64,000 bases of DNA from Bacteroidales bacterium (GTDB lineage: Bacteria; Bacteroidota; Bacteroidia; Bacteroidales; VadinHA17), in NCBI GenBank assembly GCA_017999895.1, contig JAGNKY010000001.1, positions 218,715 to 282,714 on the forward strand, read 5' to 3'. A model generated the notes under the pieces. That model made no database searches and was not told the origin of the DNA. It saw only the letters and a program-made list of their open reading frames with translations. The translations under genes were made by a program, and so were the position numbers. Below, one piece after another: positions 11,848-21,858 of the stretch (within the stretch, counting starts at the first letter, position 1; each line of letters opens with the position of its first letter).

Positions 11848-12942
11848 TTATTTCCATCGCTTTTTTATTGTTAAGGTTTTTAGAGAAACAATCAGTACAT
11901 AAAGCGGATAAAGTATCTCAGATACAAAGAAATACTTCGATTTTACAGGTTTGAAGGATTTCCTGATAGTTTCTTTAATCAATGCAAAGTCGGAGGCTGA
12001 TTTTATAACAAAGCCAGAGATTAGAATAAATGCCAAGGTCGGATTTAATATACAGGCAAGATACAACCCAAGTAGTTCAATATTTGTACAAAATGTTACA
12101 AGTGCAATAATAATTATATAAGGATCCTTATAGAAACCGGCCTTTGATATCCATCTGGCCCTTTGCATTAAAAGATGCATTAATGTCGGAGCAGCTGGAG
12201 TGGTAACAACTGCTTCATTGCTTTCGAGCCAGCGAATGTTTGATTTCTTTTCTTTTTTGAGTGTTTGCAGAAGGAAAATATCATCACCTGAAGCCAGATT
12301 ATATTTTAGTCCGTATGAGTGGTTAAGAAAAGTCTCCCTTTTAAAACCAAGATTTGCTCCGTTACACATGACAGGATTTCCTTGAGCCGCAGTGCCTGCC
12401 GTTATTCCCTGCAAAGCTTGCCATTCAATAATTTGAAAGGAGTTTAGAAATCTATTATTTACTTTTAACAAATTTACAGGTGCGATTATCATTTCGGGTT
12501 TGTAATGATTATAAAATGACACTACTGAGGATAACCATCGCGTTCCCATACGACAGTCGGCATCTGTTGTAAGAATAAGTTCCGAAGAAGAAACCTCGAC
12601 GCCTTTTTTAATCGCAAATTTTTTACCTGTACCGTGATTCCTTATTACCTGTAAATTTTTTATTCCATCGAATTTATTGGAAAGGTCGAATGTTGAATCA
12701 GTCGAGTTGTCATCTACAATTATTACTTCAAAAAAATCTTGAGGGTAATCTTGTTTTGAAAGACATGATAACAGTCCGGGAAGATTGTTTTCCTCATCCC
12801 GACATGCCACGACAACCGAGACTTTTATTCCCGCATTATGGGCTTTCCCCTGAAAAGGTTCAATTTCTTTGTGATACCATGCAATATGAATAAGAATTAT
12901 GGAATAAATGATAAAAGGTATGATTAAAAGCCACAACATCAA
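11848..12942 (-). CDS. membrane-associated family 2 glycosyltransferase
   Basis: 364 aa. N-terminal TM segment, VSVVVACRDEE...DDNSTD...TDADC GT2 motifs, and C-terminal TM helices. Confidence 0.8.
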   Translation of the reverse strand: MMLWLLIIPFIIYSIILIHIAWYHKEIEPFQGKAHNAGIKVSVVVACRDEENNLPGLLSCLSKQDYPQDFFEVIIVDDNSTDSTFDLSNKFDGIKNLQVIRNHGTGKKFAIKKGVEVSSSELILTTDADCRMGTRWLSSVVSFYNHYKPEMIIAPVNLLKVNNRFLNSFQIIEWQALQGITAGTAAQGNPVMCNGANLGFKRETFLNHSYGLKYNLASGDDIFLLQTLKKEKKSNIRWLESNEAVVTTPAAPTLMHLLMQRARWISKAGFYKDPYIIIIALVTFCTNIELLGLYLACILNPTLAFILISGFVIKSASDFALIKETIRKSFKPVKSKYFFVSEILYPLYVLIVSLKTLTIKKRWK

Positions 12943-13092
12943 CTATTCATTATTCGACATTCCTTGTTCGACATTCAATATTCGGTCTTTCTTTTTAGGT
13001 ATTCTTCATTCGACGTTCCTTGTTCGATCTTCGTTTAACGTTATCGTTTATAGGTAAAATGTGACTGTATAATTTTTTACCCTGCCTGTTGC

Positions 13093-16000
13093 CTATTTAT
13101 ATTCGTCCCAGCTTTTTATCACGATATCTTCTTCTTTTAGTTTACAAAAGGCCATGATAAAAGCATTTGCAAGGCGTGAGTTTGTAAGCAGGGGAATGTT
13201 ATAATCAACGGCGCTTCTTCTTATTAAATAGTCGTTATTTAATTCGCTTTGGCTCAGGTTTTTCGGAATATTAATTACCATATCCACCTTACCTGTACGA
13301 ATAAGTTCAACTGTATTTGGAGAGTTGTTTTCGTCGGGCCAGTAAGCTACTTCGGTTTCAATGCCTGCATTGGCAAGAAATTGGTGAGTGCCTCTTGTTG
13401 CATACAGTTTATAACCTTTATTGCTTAGTGTTTTTATTGCAGTAAGGAGTTCGGCTTTTGATTTTGCAGGGCCTGTGGAGAGCAATATTCCTTTTTGGGG
13501 GATTCGGTATCCTACTGAAAACATAGCTTTTAATATTGCTTCATAGAAGTCTTCACCGAGGCAACCGACTTCGCCAGTTGATGCCATATCGACTCCGAGG
13601 ACAGGATCAGCTTTTGCAAGACGTGAGAAGCTGAACTGGGGGGCTTTTACTCCGACATAATCAAGGTCGAATAATGATTTATGAGGTTTTTCGACCGGGA
13701 TGTCGAGCATAACTTTTGTGGCAAGGTCTATAAGATTTACCTTGAGTACTTTGGAAACAAATGGCATGCTGCGGCTTGCTCTCAGATTACATTCGATAAC
13801 TTTTATCTCATTATCTTTAGCAAGGAACTGAATATTGAATGGTCCGGAGATATTGAGCTCTTTTGCAATTTGTCTCGAAATACGTTTAATACGTCTGACT
13901 GTCTCAAAGTAAAGTTTCTGAGGTGGGAAAACCATTGTGGCATCGCCGGAATGTACTCCTGCAAATTCAACATGTTCGTTTATTGCGTAAGCAATTATTT
14001 CGCCCTGGCATGCCACTGCATCAATTTCCACTTCTTTTGCGTTTTCTATGAATTCTGAAACAACCACTGGATGTTGTTTTGATACTTTTGTTGCGAGGTC
14101 GAGGAAATGAGTTAGTTCATTTGCATTTGAAACGACGTTCATTGCTGAGCCCGAAAGGACGTATGAAGGACGAACAAGGACAGGAAAGCCTATTTTATTG
14201 GTGAATTCAATAATATCGTCTATGCTTGAAAGTTCTTTCCATCGGGGCTGATCTACTCCGAGAGAATCGAGCATGAAACTAAATTTATGTCTGTCTTCGG
14301 CTCTGTCGATCGAAAGTGGTGAAGTACCGAGCACTCTTACGTTTGCCAGGTGCAGCCTCATTGCAAGGTTATTGGGTATCTGTCCTCCCATTGAAACGAT
14401 AACGCCGAGAGGATACTCGAGTTCGATAATATCCATTACCCTTTCGAATGAGAGTTCATCGAAATAGAGTCTGTCGCACATATCATAGTCGGTACTTACT
14501 GTTTCAGGATTATAGTTTATCATCACCGATCGATATCCTTCTCTGCGAATAGTATTTATGGCATTTACAGAGCACCAGTCGAATTCCACACTTGATCCTA
14601 TCCGGTATGCCCCTGATCCAAGTACAATTACTGACATGCCGTCATCTTCAAACGTAATGTCGTGTTCACTGCCGCTGTATGTAAGATATAGATAATTAGT
14701 TACAGCAGGGTATTCGGCAGCGAGTGTATCTATCTGTTTTACATAAGGTTTTATGCCGAGTGCCTTTCTGAAGGCTCTTACTCTGAGAAGAGCTCTGTTC
14801 ATATCTTCAGCATTTGCCTTCAAAACGTGCCTTGCAATCTGGAAGTCGCTGAATCCAGATTCTTTAGCTTCGATGAGAATATCTCTCGGAATTTCTTCAA
14901 TAGTTTTATATTGGCTAAGGAGGTTTTTTATTTCAATAATGTTTTGCAATTTATAAAGAAACCATCTGTCGATTTTTGTCAATTCATAGATTCTGTCGAT
15001 AGATATTCCCTCATCAAGAGCCTGAGCGATTGAAAAAATCCTCATATCTGTTGGTTCGGCGAGTTCTTTTTCTACATCTGAAAAATAGATATCGCGATTT
15101 CCTGTAAATCCGTGCATTCCCTGGCCTATCATTCTTATGCCCTTTTGGATAGCTTCCTCAAAGGTTCGTCCGATTGCCATAACTTCACCTACGCTTTTCA
15201 TGCTACTTCCTATATGGTGGGATACACCTGAAAATTTATTGAGATCCCAGCGGGGTATCTTAACAACAACATAGTCGAGGGCCGGCTCGAAAAAGGCTGT
15301 TGTTGAACGTGTGACTGAGTTTTTAAGCTCATGAAGTCCGTAGCCGATTGCAAGTTTTGCCGCAATAAAAGCAAGAGGATAGCCTGTGGCTTTAGAGGCA
15401 AGAGCGCTAGAGCGCGATAATCGTGCATTTACTTCAATAACCCTGTAATCGTCTGAATCAGGGTCGAGAGCATACTGGATATTACATTCGCCTATTATTC
15501 CGATATGCCTGATTATTTTAATTGAGAGGTTTCTGAGTGAATAAAATTCACTGTTAGTAAGTGTCTGTGAAGGAGCCACAACAATGCTTTCGCCTGTATG
15601 AATTCCGAGTGGATCGAAGTTTTCCATATTGCACACTGTTATGCAATTGTCATATTTATCTCTCACTACCTCGTATTCAATTTCTTTCCAGCCCTTCAAC
15701 GATTCTTCAACGAGTATCTGGCTTGTAAATGAAAACGATTTTGATGCGAGGCTTTCCAGTTCTTCAGGAGTTGATGAAAATCCGCTTCCCAGCCCTCCAA
15801 GTGCATAAGCTGACCTAATGATGACCGGATATCCCAGCTTTTCAGCAGCATTAATTGCCTCTTCAATTGAATTTACAGCGATACTCTTTGGAGTTTTAAT
15901 ATTTATCTCTTCAAGTTTCCTGACAAAAAGCTCCCTGTCTTCCGTGTCAATAATAGCAGAGACCGGAGTGCCGAGAACCTTTACGTTATACTTTTCAAAT

Positions 16001-16314
16001 ACTCCTTTTCTGTAAAGCTCGGTTCCGCAATTAAGTGCAGTTTGACCCCCAAACGAAAGAAAAATTCCATCAGGTTTTTCTTTTGCAATCACTTTTTCAA
16101 CAAAAAAAGGATTCACCGGAAGAAAATATACCTTGTCGGCCACATTTTCAGAAGTTTGTATTGTAGCTATATTTGGGTTGATAAGTACTGTCGAAATGCC
16201 TTCTTCCCTTAAGGCTTTAAGGGCTTGCGACCCTGAATAGTCAAACTCACCTGCTTCTCCAATCTTAAGAGCGCCTGAACCAAGTATGAGCACCTTTTTT
16301 ATTTCATCAATCAT
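13093..16314 (-). CDS. carB: carbamoyl-phosphate synthase large subunit
   Basis: 1073 aa. Duplicated ATP-grasp halves and an MGS-like C-terminus. Canonical CarB sequence throughout. Confidence 0.97.
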   Translation of the reverse strand: MIDEIKKVLILGSGALKIGEAGEFDYSGSQALKALREEGISTVLINPNIATIQTSENVADKVYFLPVNPFFVEKVIAKEKPDGIFLSFGGQTALNCGTELYRKGVFEKYNVKVLGTPVSAIIDTEDRELFVRKLEEINIKTPKSIAVNSIEEAINAAEKLGYPVIIRSAYALGGLGSGFSSTPEELESLASKSFSFTSQILVEESLKGWKEIEYEVVRDKYDNCITVCNMENFDPLGIHTGESIVVAPSQTLTNSEFYSLRNLSIKIIRHIGIIGECNIQYALDPDSDDYRVIEVNARLSRSSALASKATGYPLAFIAAKLAIGYGLHELKNSVTRSTTAFFEPALDYVVVKIPRWDLNKFSGVSHHIGSSMKSVGEVMAIGRTFEEAIQKGIRMIGQGMHGFTGNRDIYFSDVEKELAEPTDMRIFSIAQALDEGISIDRIYELTKIDRWFLYKLQNIIEIKNLLSQYKTIEEIPRDILIEAKESGFSDFQIARHVLKANAEDMNRALLRVRAFRKALGIKPYVKQIDTLAAEYPAVTNYLYLTYSGSEHDITFEDDGMSVIVLGSGAYRIGSSVEFDWCSVNAINTIRREGYRSVMINYNPETVSTDYDMCDRLYFDELSFERVMDIIELEYPLGVIVSMGGQIPNNLAMRLHLANVRVLGTSPLSIDRAEDRHKFSFMLDSLGVDQPRWKELSSIDDIIEFTNKIGFPVLVRPSYVLSGSAMNVVSNANELTHFLDLATKVSKQHPVVVSEFIENAKEVEIDAVACQGEIIAYAINEHVEFAGVHSGDATMVFPPQKLYFETVRRIKRISRQIAKELNISGPFNIQFLAKDNEIKVIECNLRASRSMPFVSKVLKVNLIDLATKVMLDIPVEKPHKSLFDLDYVGVKAPQFSFSRLAKADPVLGVDMASTGEVGCLGEDFYEAILKAMFSVGYRIPQKGILLSTGPAKSKAELLTAIKTLSNKGYKLYATRGTHQFLANAGIETEVAYWPDENNSPNTVELIRTGKVDMVINIPKNLSQSELNNDYLIRRSAVDYNIPLLTNSRLANAFIMAFCKLKEEDIVIKSWDEYK

Positions 16315-16379
16315 ATAAAAGTTATTTGATGCAAAATTAGAAGAATTTTTTTCTCCTGTTTATAAGATATTAAAATAAA

Positions 16380-16414
16380 TGTATATATTTGCAATCATAA
16401 TGTATAAATATGCA
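16380..16414. promoter_or_regulatory. tandem ARG-box-like operators in the carB/argR divergent region
   Basis: TGTATATATTTGCA (16380-16393) and TGTATAAATATGCA (16401-16414) resemble the TGAAT-W4-ATTCA core. Start-to-start spacing is 21 bp, as in canonical tandem ARG boxes. The second box overlaps the argR ATG. Confidence 0.45.
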
Positions 16415-16901
16415 AAAGCTTTCAAGGCTGATAGCGATAGAAAAAATTATTTCGAATGAAGATATTTCAAGCCAGGAAGAGCTGATGGAGAAACTTGTAA
16501 GTCAGGGCATAAAATGCACCCAGGCAACATTATCAAGAAATCTTAGACAGCTTGGAGTAATAAAAGTGCCTGACGGAAAGGGAGGGTACCGTTATTCACT
16601 TGTAAAAGGGCTTATAAATGGCATGAAAGAAAGTAATAACAAAGAGAAAGGTTTTGAACTGGTTAGCGTGATCAAGAATATAATAGAAGCAAAATCGATG
16701 ATTCTGATAAAGACAAGTCCGGGTTATGCAAACAGTGTTGCTGTAACTATTGATAATGCCGGCAGATATGAAATAGCTGGTACTGTTGCAGGTGATGACA
16801 CTCTTCTTGTGATTCCGAGAGATAATGTTTCGGTTGAACATGTTCATGAAATTCTTGATATTATATTTCCAGGGATTAATTCTATATCAGGGAAGATTTA
16901 A
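16410..16901 (+). CDS. argR: arginine repressor
   Basis: 163 aa. Winged-helix N-terminus ([28 protein letters not shown]) and a C-terminal oligomerisation domain with GTVAGDDT. Confidence 0.9.
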   Translation: MQKLSRLIAIEKIISNEDISSQEELMEKLVSQGIKCTQATLSRNLRQLGVIKVPDGKGGYRYSLVKGLINGMKESNNKEKGFELVSVIKNIIEAKSMILIKTSPGYANSVAVTIDNAGRYEIAGTVAGDDTLLVIPRDNVSVEHVHEILDIIFPGINSISGKI

Positions 16902-16935
16902 AAGGTTTACAATAATTAAGAAGTTAAAAACTAAA

Positions 16936-18174
16936 ATGATGAAAGAGAAAGTTGTTCTGGCCTATAGTGGAGGCCTTGATACTTCGGTTATACTGAAGTG
17001 GTTAATTGAAAAGGGGTATGATGTAATTGCGTTTGTTGCTGACGTAGGGCAGCAGGAAGATTTTGAAGAGTGCAGGAAGAAGGCACTAATGCTCGGTGCT
17101 TCGAAAGTAGTTATAAAAGATTTGAAAAGAGAGTTTGTTGTGGATTACATTTTTAAAGCTCTTAAAGCTAATGCTATTTATGAGGACAGGTATTTACTGG
17201 GAACGGCGCTTGCCAGGCCGCTTATTGCAAGTAAGCAGATTGAGGTTGCCGAGGAGGAAGGTGCAAATGCGGTTGCGCATGGAGCTACAGGCAAAGGCAA
17301 CGATCAGGTAAGGTTTGAGTTATCTTATTATGCTCTCAAACCGGGTATAAAAGTAATTTCCCCATGGAAAGATCCTGAATTTCTTAAAACCTTCAAAGGA
17401 AGAACTGATCTTCTTAAATATGCTGCTGAGAAAAATATTCCGGTTAAGGCAAGTCTGGCAAAGCCTTACAGTGAGGATGAGAACTTGATGCATATAAGCC
17501 ATGAGGCTGGAATACTGGAGGATCCTATGTTTGCGGTTCAGAAAAATATTCTGGTTAAAATGGTAATGCCGCAGGATGCACCTGATAAGGAGACGCGGAT
17601 AGTTATTACTTTTAAAGACGGGATTCCGGTTAAGGTTCTTAACAAAGACGACGGAACAGTTAAGGAAGATCCTTACGAATTGTTTGTTTACCTCAACAAG
17701 CTGGGCGGGGAGAATGGTATAGGTTTGCTCGACATGGTTGAAAACAGGTTTGTCGGTATAAAGTCGAGAGGTGTTTATGAGACGCCTGGCGGCACAATTC
17801 TTTTTGCAGCGCACAGGGACATAGAAGGGATTGCAATGGACCGCGAAGTTATGCGCCTCAGGAATATGCTTACACCCAAATTTTCCGAACTTATATATTA
17901 TGGCTTCTGGTTCAGTCCTGAAATGGATTTCCTTATGGCGGCTATTGACAAGAGCCAGGAACTTATTGACGGTTGCGTGCATCTCAATCTTTACAAAGGA
18001 AATATACTGATTGAGGGAAGAGAGTCGCCATCATCACTTTATAACAAAGACCTTTCAAGTATGGATATAGAAGGTGGCTTTGATCAGACCGACAGTAAAG
18101 GCTTTATTAAGATAAACGCAATTAGACTTATGGCTCACAGAGCTATTATTGAATCGGGAAAGAAAAAACATTAA
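16936..18174 (+). CDS. argG: argininosuccinate synthase
   Basis: The ORF track starts at 16825 and overlaps argR. The ATG at 16936 ([17 protein letters not shown]) gives the canonical N-terminus. Confidence 0.95.
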   Translation: MMKEKVVLAYSGGLDTSVILKWLIEKGYDVIAFVADVGQQEDFEECRKKALMLGASKVVIKDLKREFVVDYIFKALKANAIYEDRYLLGTALARPLIASKQIEVAEEEGANAVAHGATGKGNDQVRFELSYYALKPGIKVISPWKDPEFLKTFKGRTDLLKYAAEKNIPVKASLAKPYSEDENLMHISHEAGILEDPMFAVQKNILVKMVMPQDAPDKETRIVITFKDGIPVKVLNKDDGTVKEDPYELFVYLNKLGGENGIGLLDMVENRFVGIKSRGVYETPGGTILFAAHRDIEGIAMDREVMRLRNMLTPKFSELIYYGFWFSPEMDFLMAAIDKSQELIDGCVHLNLYKGNILIEGRESPSSLYNKDLSSMDIEGGFDQTDSKGFIKINAIRLMAHRAIIESGKKKH

Positions 18175-18188
18175 AATAGAAATGTTTT

Positions 18189-19535
18189 ATGAATTACTCA
18201 AGGCTTTGGGATAAAGGCATTGTGCCTCATCCTGCAATTATAGAATTCACGTCAGGCAAGGAGAGAGAGACCGATTTGCTTCTGGCTGGCTGGGACATTG
18301 TTGGTTCTATGGCCCATGTCATCATGCTTTGCAAAGTTGGACTAATATCTTCCGAAGAAAAACATAATCTTCTGGAATCACTTCATAAACTCTTTCTCCG
18401 TTACATGAAGAGCGATCTTAAAATTGAGGATGGTGTTGAAGATATACATTCTCAGATTGAGAAGGAACTTTCGGAAATGATTGGTGCGACAGGGAGAAAA
18501 GTTCATACAGGCAGATCGCGTAACGACCAGGTTTTGCTTGCTATAAGGCTTTTCACAAGAGCAGAAATAGACGATCTTGCAGTGAGTGTACGTAATCTTT
18601 TTGATAAACTTATAGCTTTGGGTAATCAGTATAAAGAAGTATTTCTGCCGGGTTATACACACATGCAGCCGGCTATGTTATCGTCATTTGGCCTTTGGTT
18701 CGGTGGCTATGCTGAAGCTCTTACCGACGATTTATTTCTGCTTTCCGCAGCGAGAGCGCTTAATAACCGTAATCCGCTCGGAACGGCTGCAGGGTATGGT
18801 ACAACTCTCCCTCTCGACCGTAGTCTTACAACCTCATTACTTGAATTCGACGATATGATTTTTAATTCGGCTTATGCAGGAATAAATAGAGGGAAAGTGG
18901 AAGCAGCTGTTGCAGCATCTCTATCATCACTGGCGAATACTCTTTCAAAATTCAGCATGGATATTTGTCTCTTTATGACATCAGAATTCAGATTTATCGA
19001 ATTCCCCGATGAACTTATTACAGGCTCAAGCATAATGCCCCAAAAGAAAAACCCCGATGTTTTTGAACTGATAAGAGCTAAGTGTAACCTTATACAGGCG
19101 CTGCCCGCTCAGGTTAATATGTTAATCAATAATCTGCCATCGGGTTATAACCGTGATCTGCAATTACTAAAAACGCTGATATTCAATGCATTTATAGATA
19201 TTATTGAATGTGTTGATGTTATGACATTTATGCTGGGTGAAATAAAAGTAAGGTGCGACATTTTAGAAAATATACAATATAATACTATTTTCAGTGCCGA
19301 AGAAGTAAATAGAATGGTAAGGAACGGAATACCATTCAGAGATGCATATAAGGCTGTATCGGAGACATTAAAAGAGAACTCATTTCGGCAAACAAATCCT
19401 TCTGACTATAAACATGAAGGAAGCATCGGGAATTTATGCAATGATAATATTATAGCGCGGGCCGATAAGATTATGGGAAATTTTAGAAAGATAACAATTA
19501 CATACCTTGAGGAAAAGATGATGAGTTATTTATGA
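18189..19535 (+). CDS. argH: argininosuccinate lyase
   Basis: 448 aa. Fumarate-lyase signature GSSIMPQKKNPD and HTGRSRNDQV. Confidence 0.95.
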   Translation: MNYSRLWDKGIVPHPAIIEFTSGKERETDLLLAGWDIVGSMAHVIMLCKVGLISSEEKHNLLESLHKLFLRYMKSDLKIEDGVEDIHSQIEKELSEMIGATGRKVHTGRSRNDQVLLAIRLFTRAEIDDLAVSVRNLFDKLIALGNQYKEVFLPGYTHMQPAMLSSFGLWFGGYAEALTDDLFLLSAARALNNRNPLGTAAGYGTTLPLDRSLTTSLLEFDDMIFNSAYAGINRGKVEAAVAASLSSLANTLSKFSMDICLFMTSEFRFIEFPDELITGSSIMPQKKNPDVFELIRAKCNLIQALPAQVNMLINNLPSGYNRDLQLLKTLIFNAFIDIIECVDVMTFMLGEIKVRCDILENIQYNTIFSAEEVNRMVRNGIPFRDAYKAVSETLKENSFRQTNPSDYKHEGSIGNLCNDNIIARADKIMGNFRKITITYLEEKMMSYL

Positions 19536-19567
19536 ATATTTTAAATATGTTAAGATTTAAAATATTC
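19534..19567. terminator. AT-only 13-bp inverted repeat spanning the convergent argH/carA stop codons
   Basis: GAATATTTTAAAT-N8-ATTTAAAATATTC is a perfect 13-bp inverted repeat. It is a weak (AT-only) bidirectional terminator candidate. Confidence 0.35.
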
Positions 19568-20654
19568 AATTACGGTATTTTTTCAAATTTTCAATAAAAT
19601 TATCGAAAAGAAAATCGGTATCGGTAGGGCCGCCTGAAGCTTCGGGATGAAACTGCGTTGAAAAATAAAGACCTGATTTATGGATTATGCCTTCATTTGT
19701 CCGGTCATTAAGATTTATAAAGTAAGGTTGCCACTCTTTGGTTAGAGTGCTGTTATCAACAGTATAACTGTGGTTCTGAGAAGTTATATAGGCTTTGTTT
19801 GTGCCTTCCATTATTACCGGCTGGTTATGACTTCGATGGCCATATTTGAGTTTATATGTATCTGCTCCTGAAGCGAGAGCCATAAGCTGGTTCCCAAGGC
19901 AGATTCCAAAAACAGGCTTATCCCCGTTAAGTGATTTTCTGATATTTTCAATTGCTTCAGTACACATTTTCGGGTCGCCAGGTCCGTTCGATATAAACAA
20001 ACCATCGAATTCATCATTATGATAATCATAATTCCATGGTACCCTTATTACAGTAGTATCATATCGTAGAAGTAATCTGATAATATTGTATTTTACACCA
20101 CAGTCAATGAGCATTATCTTAAAAGATCCTTTTCCATATATCTTTTTTTCTTTAATACTTACCTGTTCGACAAGATTTACTTTATTAGGATCGAAAAAAT
20201 CGGCATGCATGCCGTCAGGCTCTATTTTGCCAAGCATGTCTCCTTTTTCTCTAATTCGTTTTGCAAGTGCACGGGTATCTACTCCGTATATTCCAGGTAT
20301 ATTGTTTCTAGTCAGCCATTCATCAAGGCTTTCAACAGCATTCCAATGGCTGTATTTGAATGAATAATTCGTCACAATCAATCCTGATATATGTATTGAA
20401 GACGATTCATAGTATTTAAGAATGTCATCTTCCTCTGCTTTTGAAGGTGCGCCGTAATTTCCTACGAGTGGATATGTAAGACATAATATTTGACCTCTGT
20501 ATGAAGGATCGGTGAGGTTTTCGGGGTAGCCTGTCATTGCGGTGTTGAATACAACCTCTCCGGCAGCTGGAACAGGCGCACCAAATAACTTACCTTCCCA
20601 TATTGAACCATCTTCAAGTGTAAGTTTTACACTTTTTAGTTCTTTTTTGAACAT
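19566..20654 (-). CDS. carA: carbamoyl-phosphate synthase small (glutaminase) subunit
   Basis: 362 aa. GATase class I motif GICLGNQL and a CarA N-terminal domain. Confidence 0.95.
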   Translation of the reverse strand: MFKKELKSVKLTLEDGSIWEGKLFGAPVPAAGEVVFNTAMTGYPENLTDPSYRGQILCLTYPLVGNYGAPSKAEEDDILKYYESSSIHISGLIVTNYSFKYSHWNAVESLDEWLTRNNIPGIYGVDTRALAKRIREKGDMLGKIEPDGMHADFFDPNKVNLVEQVSIKEKKIYGKGSFKIMLIDCGVKYNIIRLLLRYDTTVIRVPWNYDYHNDEFDGLFISNGPGDPKMCTEAIENIRKSLNGDKPVFGICLGNQLMALASGADTYKLKYGHRSHNQPVIMEGTNKAYITSQNHSYTVDNSTLTKEWQPYFINLNDRTNEGIIHKSGLYFSTQFHPEASGGPTDTDFLFDNFIENLKKYRN

Positions 20655-20902
20655 AGCAAAATTTTTAAATAATCAGCCAGTTTGAAAGAATCTTGCCAGC
20701 TATCGGCTTGCAAAGATAATCAAAAACAGAAACTGAAAAATTTTAATAATAAATATTTGAATATTTTGCATTAAATTTTATCATAAATTCGTGAGAATTT
20801 TGCTAAACCGTTATAATTAAATTAGTATGCAACAGGAGTTAGTAAAATATATTTTCTTATTTTTATGCCCGATTTAATAAGATTAACTTTAATATAATTA
20901 AA

Positions 20903-21730
20903 ATGAAAAAAGTTACCTTAATTGCAATAACGATGTTGCTGGTTGTTTGCGTTGCAAGCATTACTTCATGCAAGAACAAGGCCACTACTAAGGAAAAGAA
21001 GGCAAAAATAGAAAAAGAGTCTGAGGAGATTGAGACTATCAAAAAGAAAATTGAAGAGAACGTTTATCCCTTACCTACTTCGGCTGAAGTAGTAAAAATG
21101 CTTACCGATCTTGAGGTGGGCTATATGATAGGAATAACCAATCCTGCCTCTAACGCAAAAAAATACATTAAAAGTGACAAAAAGGCATTGAATCTTGGAG
21201 TATATGGTGCTGATTTAAGTTATGTTACACTTTATAATATTCAGGACAAAGTGCAGGAATATCTGGAAGCTTTGAGATTGCTGGCAAATGACCTTAACAT
21301 GGGAAGAATTTATGATGTAAGGCTTTACGACAGCATTAAAATTTATTTCGACGACAGGGACAGGCTTGTAAAATTGCTTACTAATGCATTTAATGAAACC
21401 TATCAATATTTGAGCGAGAACGAGCAGCAGAACCTTGCTCTTCTTGTTGTTGGAGGAGCATGGGTTGAGGGCTTGTACCTGACAACTCATGTTTCGGAAG
21501 AGGCTTATCATGTTGCAGGTATTTCAAAAGCTATACTCGAACAGAAAAAATCATTCGAACTATACCTCGATATAACTCAACCTTATGCAGATGATCCGAT
21601 GATAAAAGATTTTCTCAAGTTGCTCGAACCAATGAAAAAAATTTATGAAAGATTATCTACCAGCCTCACAGAACAGGATATAAAGGATATTACTGCCGCT
21701 ATTACTTTAATAAGGGAGAAGATTATTTAA
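20903..21730 (+). CDS. hypothetical lipoprotein
   Basis: 275 aa. Signal peptide with lipobox (ASITSC) and a Lys/Glu-rich linker. I recognise no family. Confidence 0.6.
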   Translation: MKKVTLIAITMLLVVCVASITSCKNKATTKEKKAKIEKESEEIETIKKKIEENVYPLPTSAEVVKMLTDLEVGYMIGITNPASNAKKYIKSDKKALNLGVYGADLSYVTLYNIQDKVQEYLEALRLLANDLNMGRIYDVRLYDSIKIYFDDRDRLVKLLTNAFNETYQYLSENEQQNLALLVVGGAWVEGLYLTTHVSEEAYHVAGISKAILEQKKSFELYLDITQPYADDPMIKDFLKLLEPMKKIYERLSTSLTEQDIKDITAAITLIREKII

Positions 21731-21742
21731 TATTTAACTAAC

Positions 21743-21774
21743 CTGAAATGATATAATAATTTGTGTCATTTCAG
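21743..21774 (+). terminator. hairpin downstream of the lipoprotein gene
   Basis: CTGAAATGA-N14-TCATTTCAG, a 9-bp stem 13 nt after the stop codon. Confidence 0.35.
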
Positions 21775-21858
21775 ATGCCGTTATGAAATTGTAGTTTAAG
21801 TTACCCGGGTCTTGAAACAGGAAAGGTATTTGATCTGTTTCCGGTCAAATTTGCACAG

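Noticed and set aside
16825-16935. Longer argG start overlapping argR by 77 nt
   Set aside because: The extension encodes a non-conserved hydrophobic peptide. The canonical [17 protein letters not shown] start at 16936 follows the argR stop.
17320-17982. 220-aa minus-strand ORF
   Set aside because: It is antisense to argG, which is unambiguous on the plus strand, and it has no motifs.
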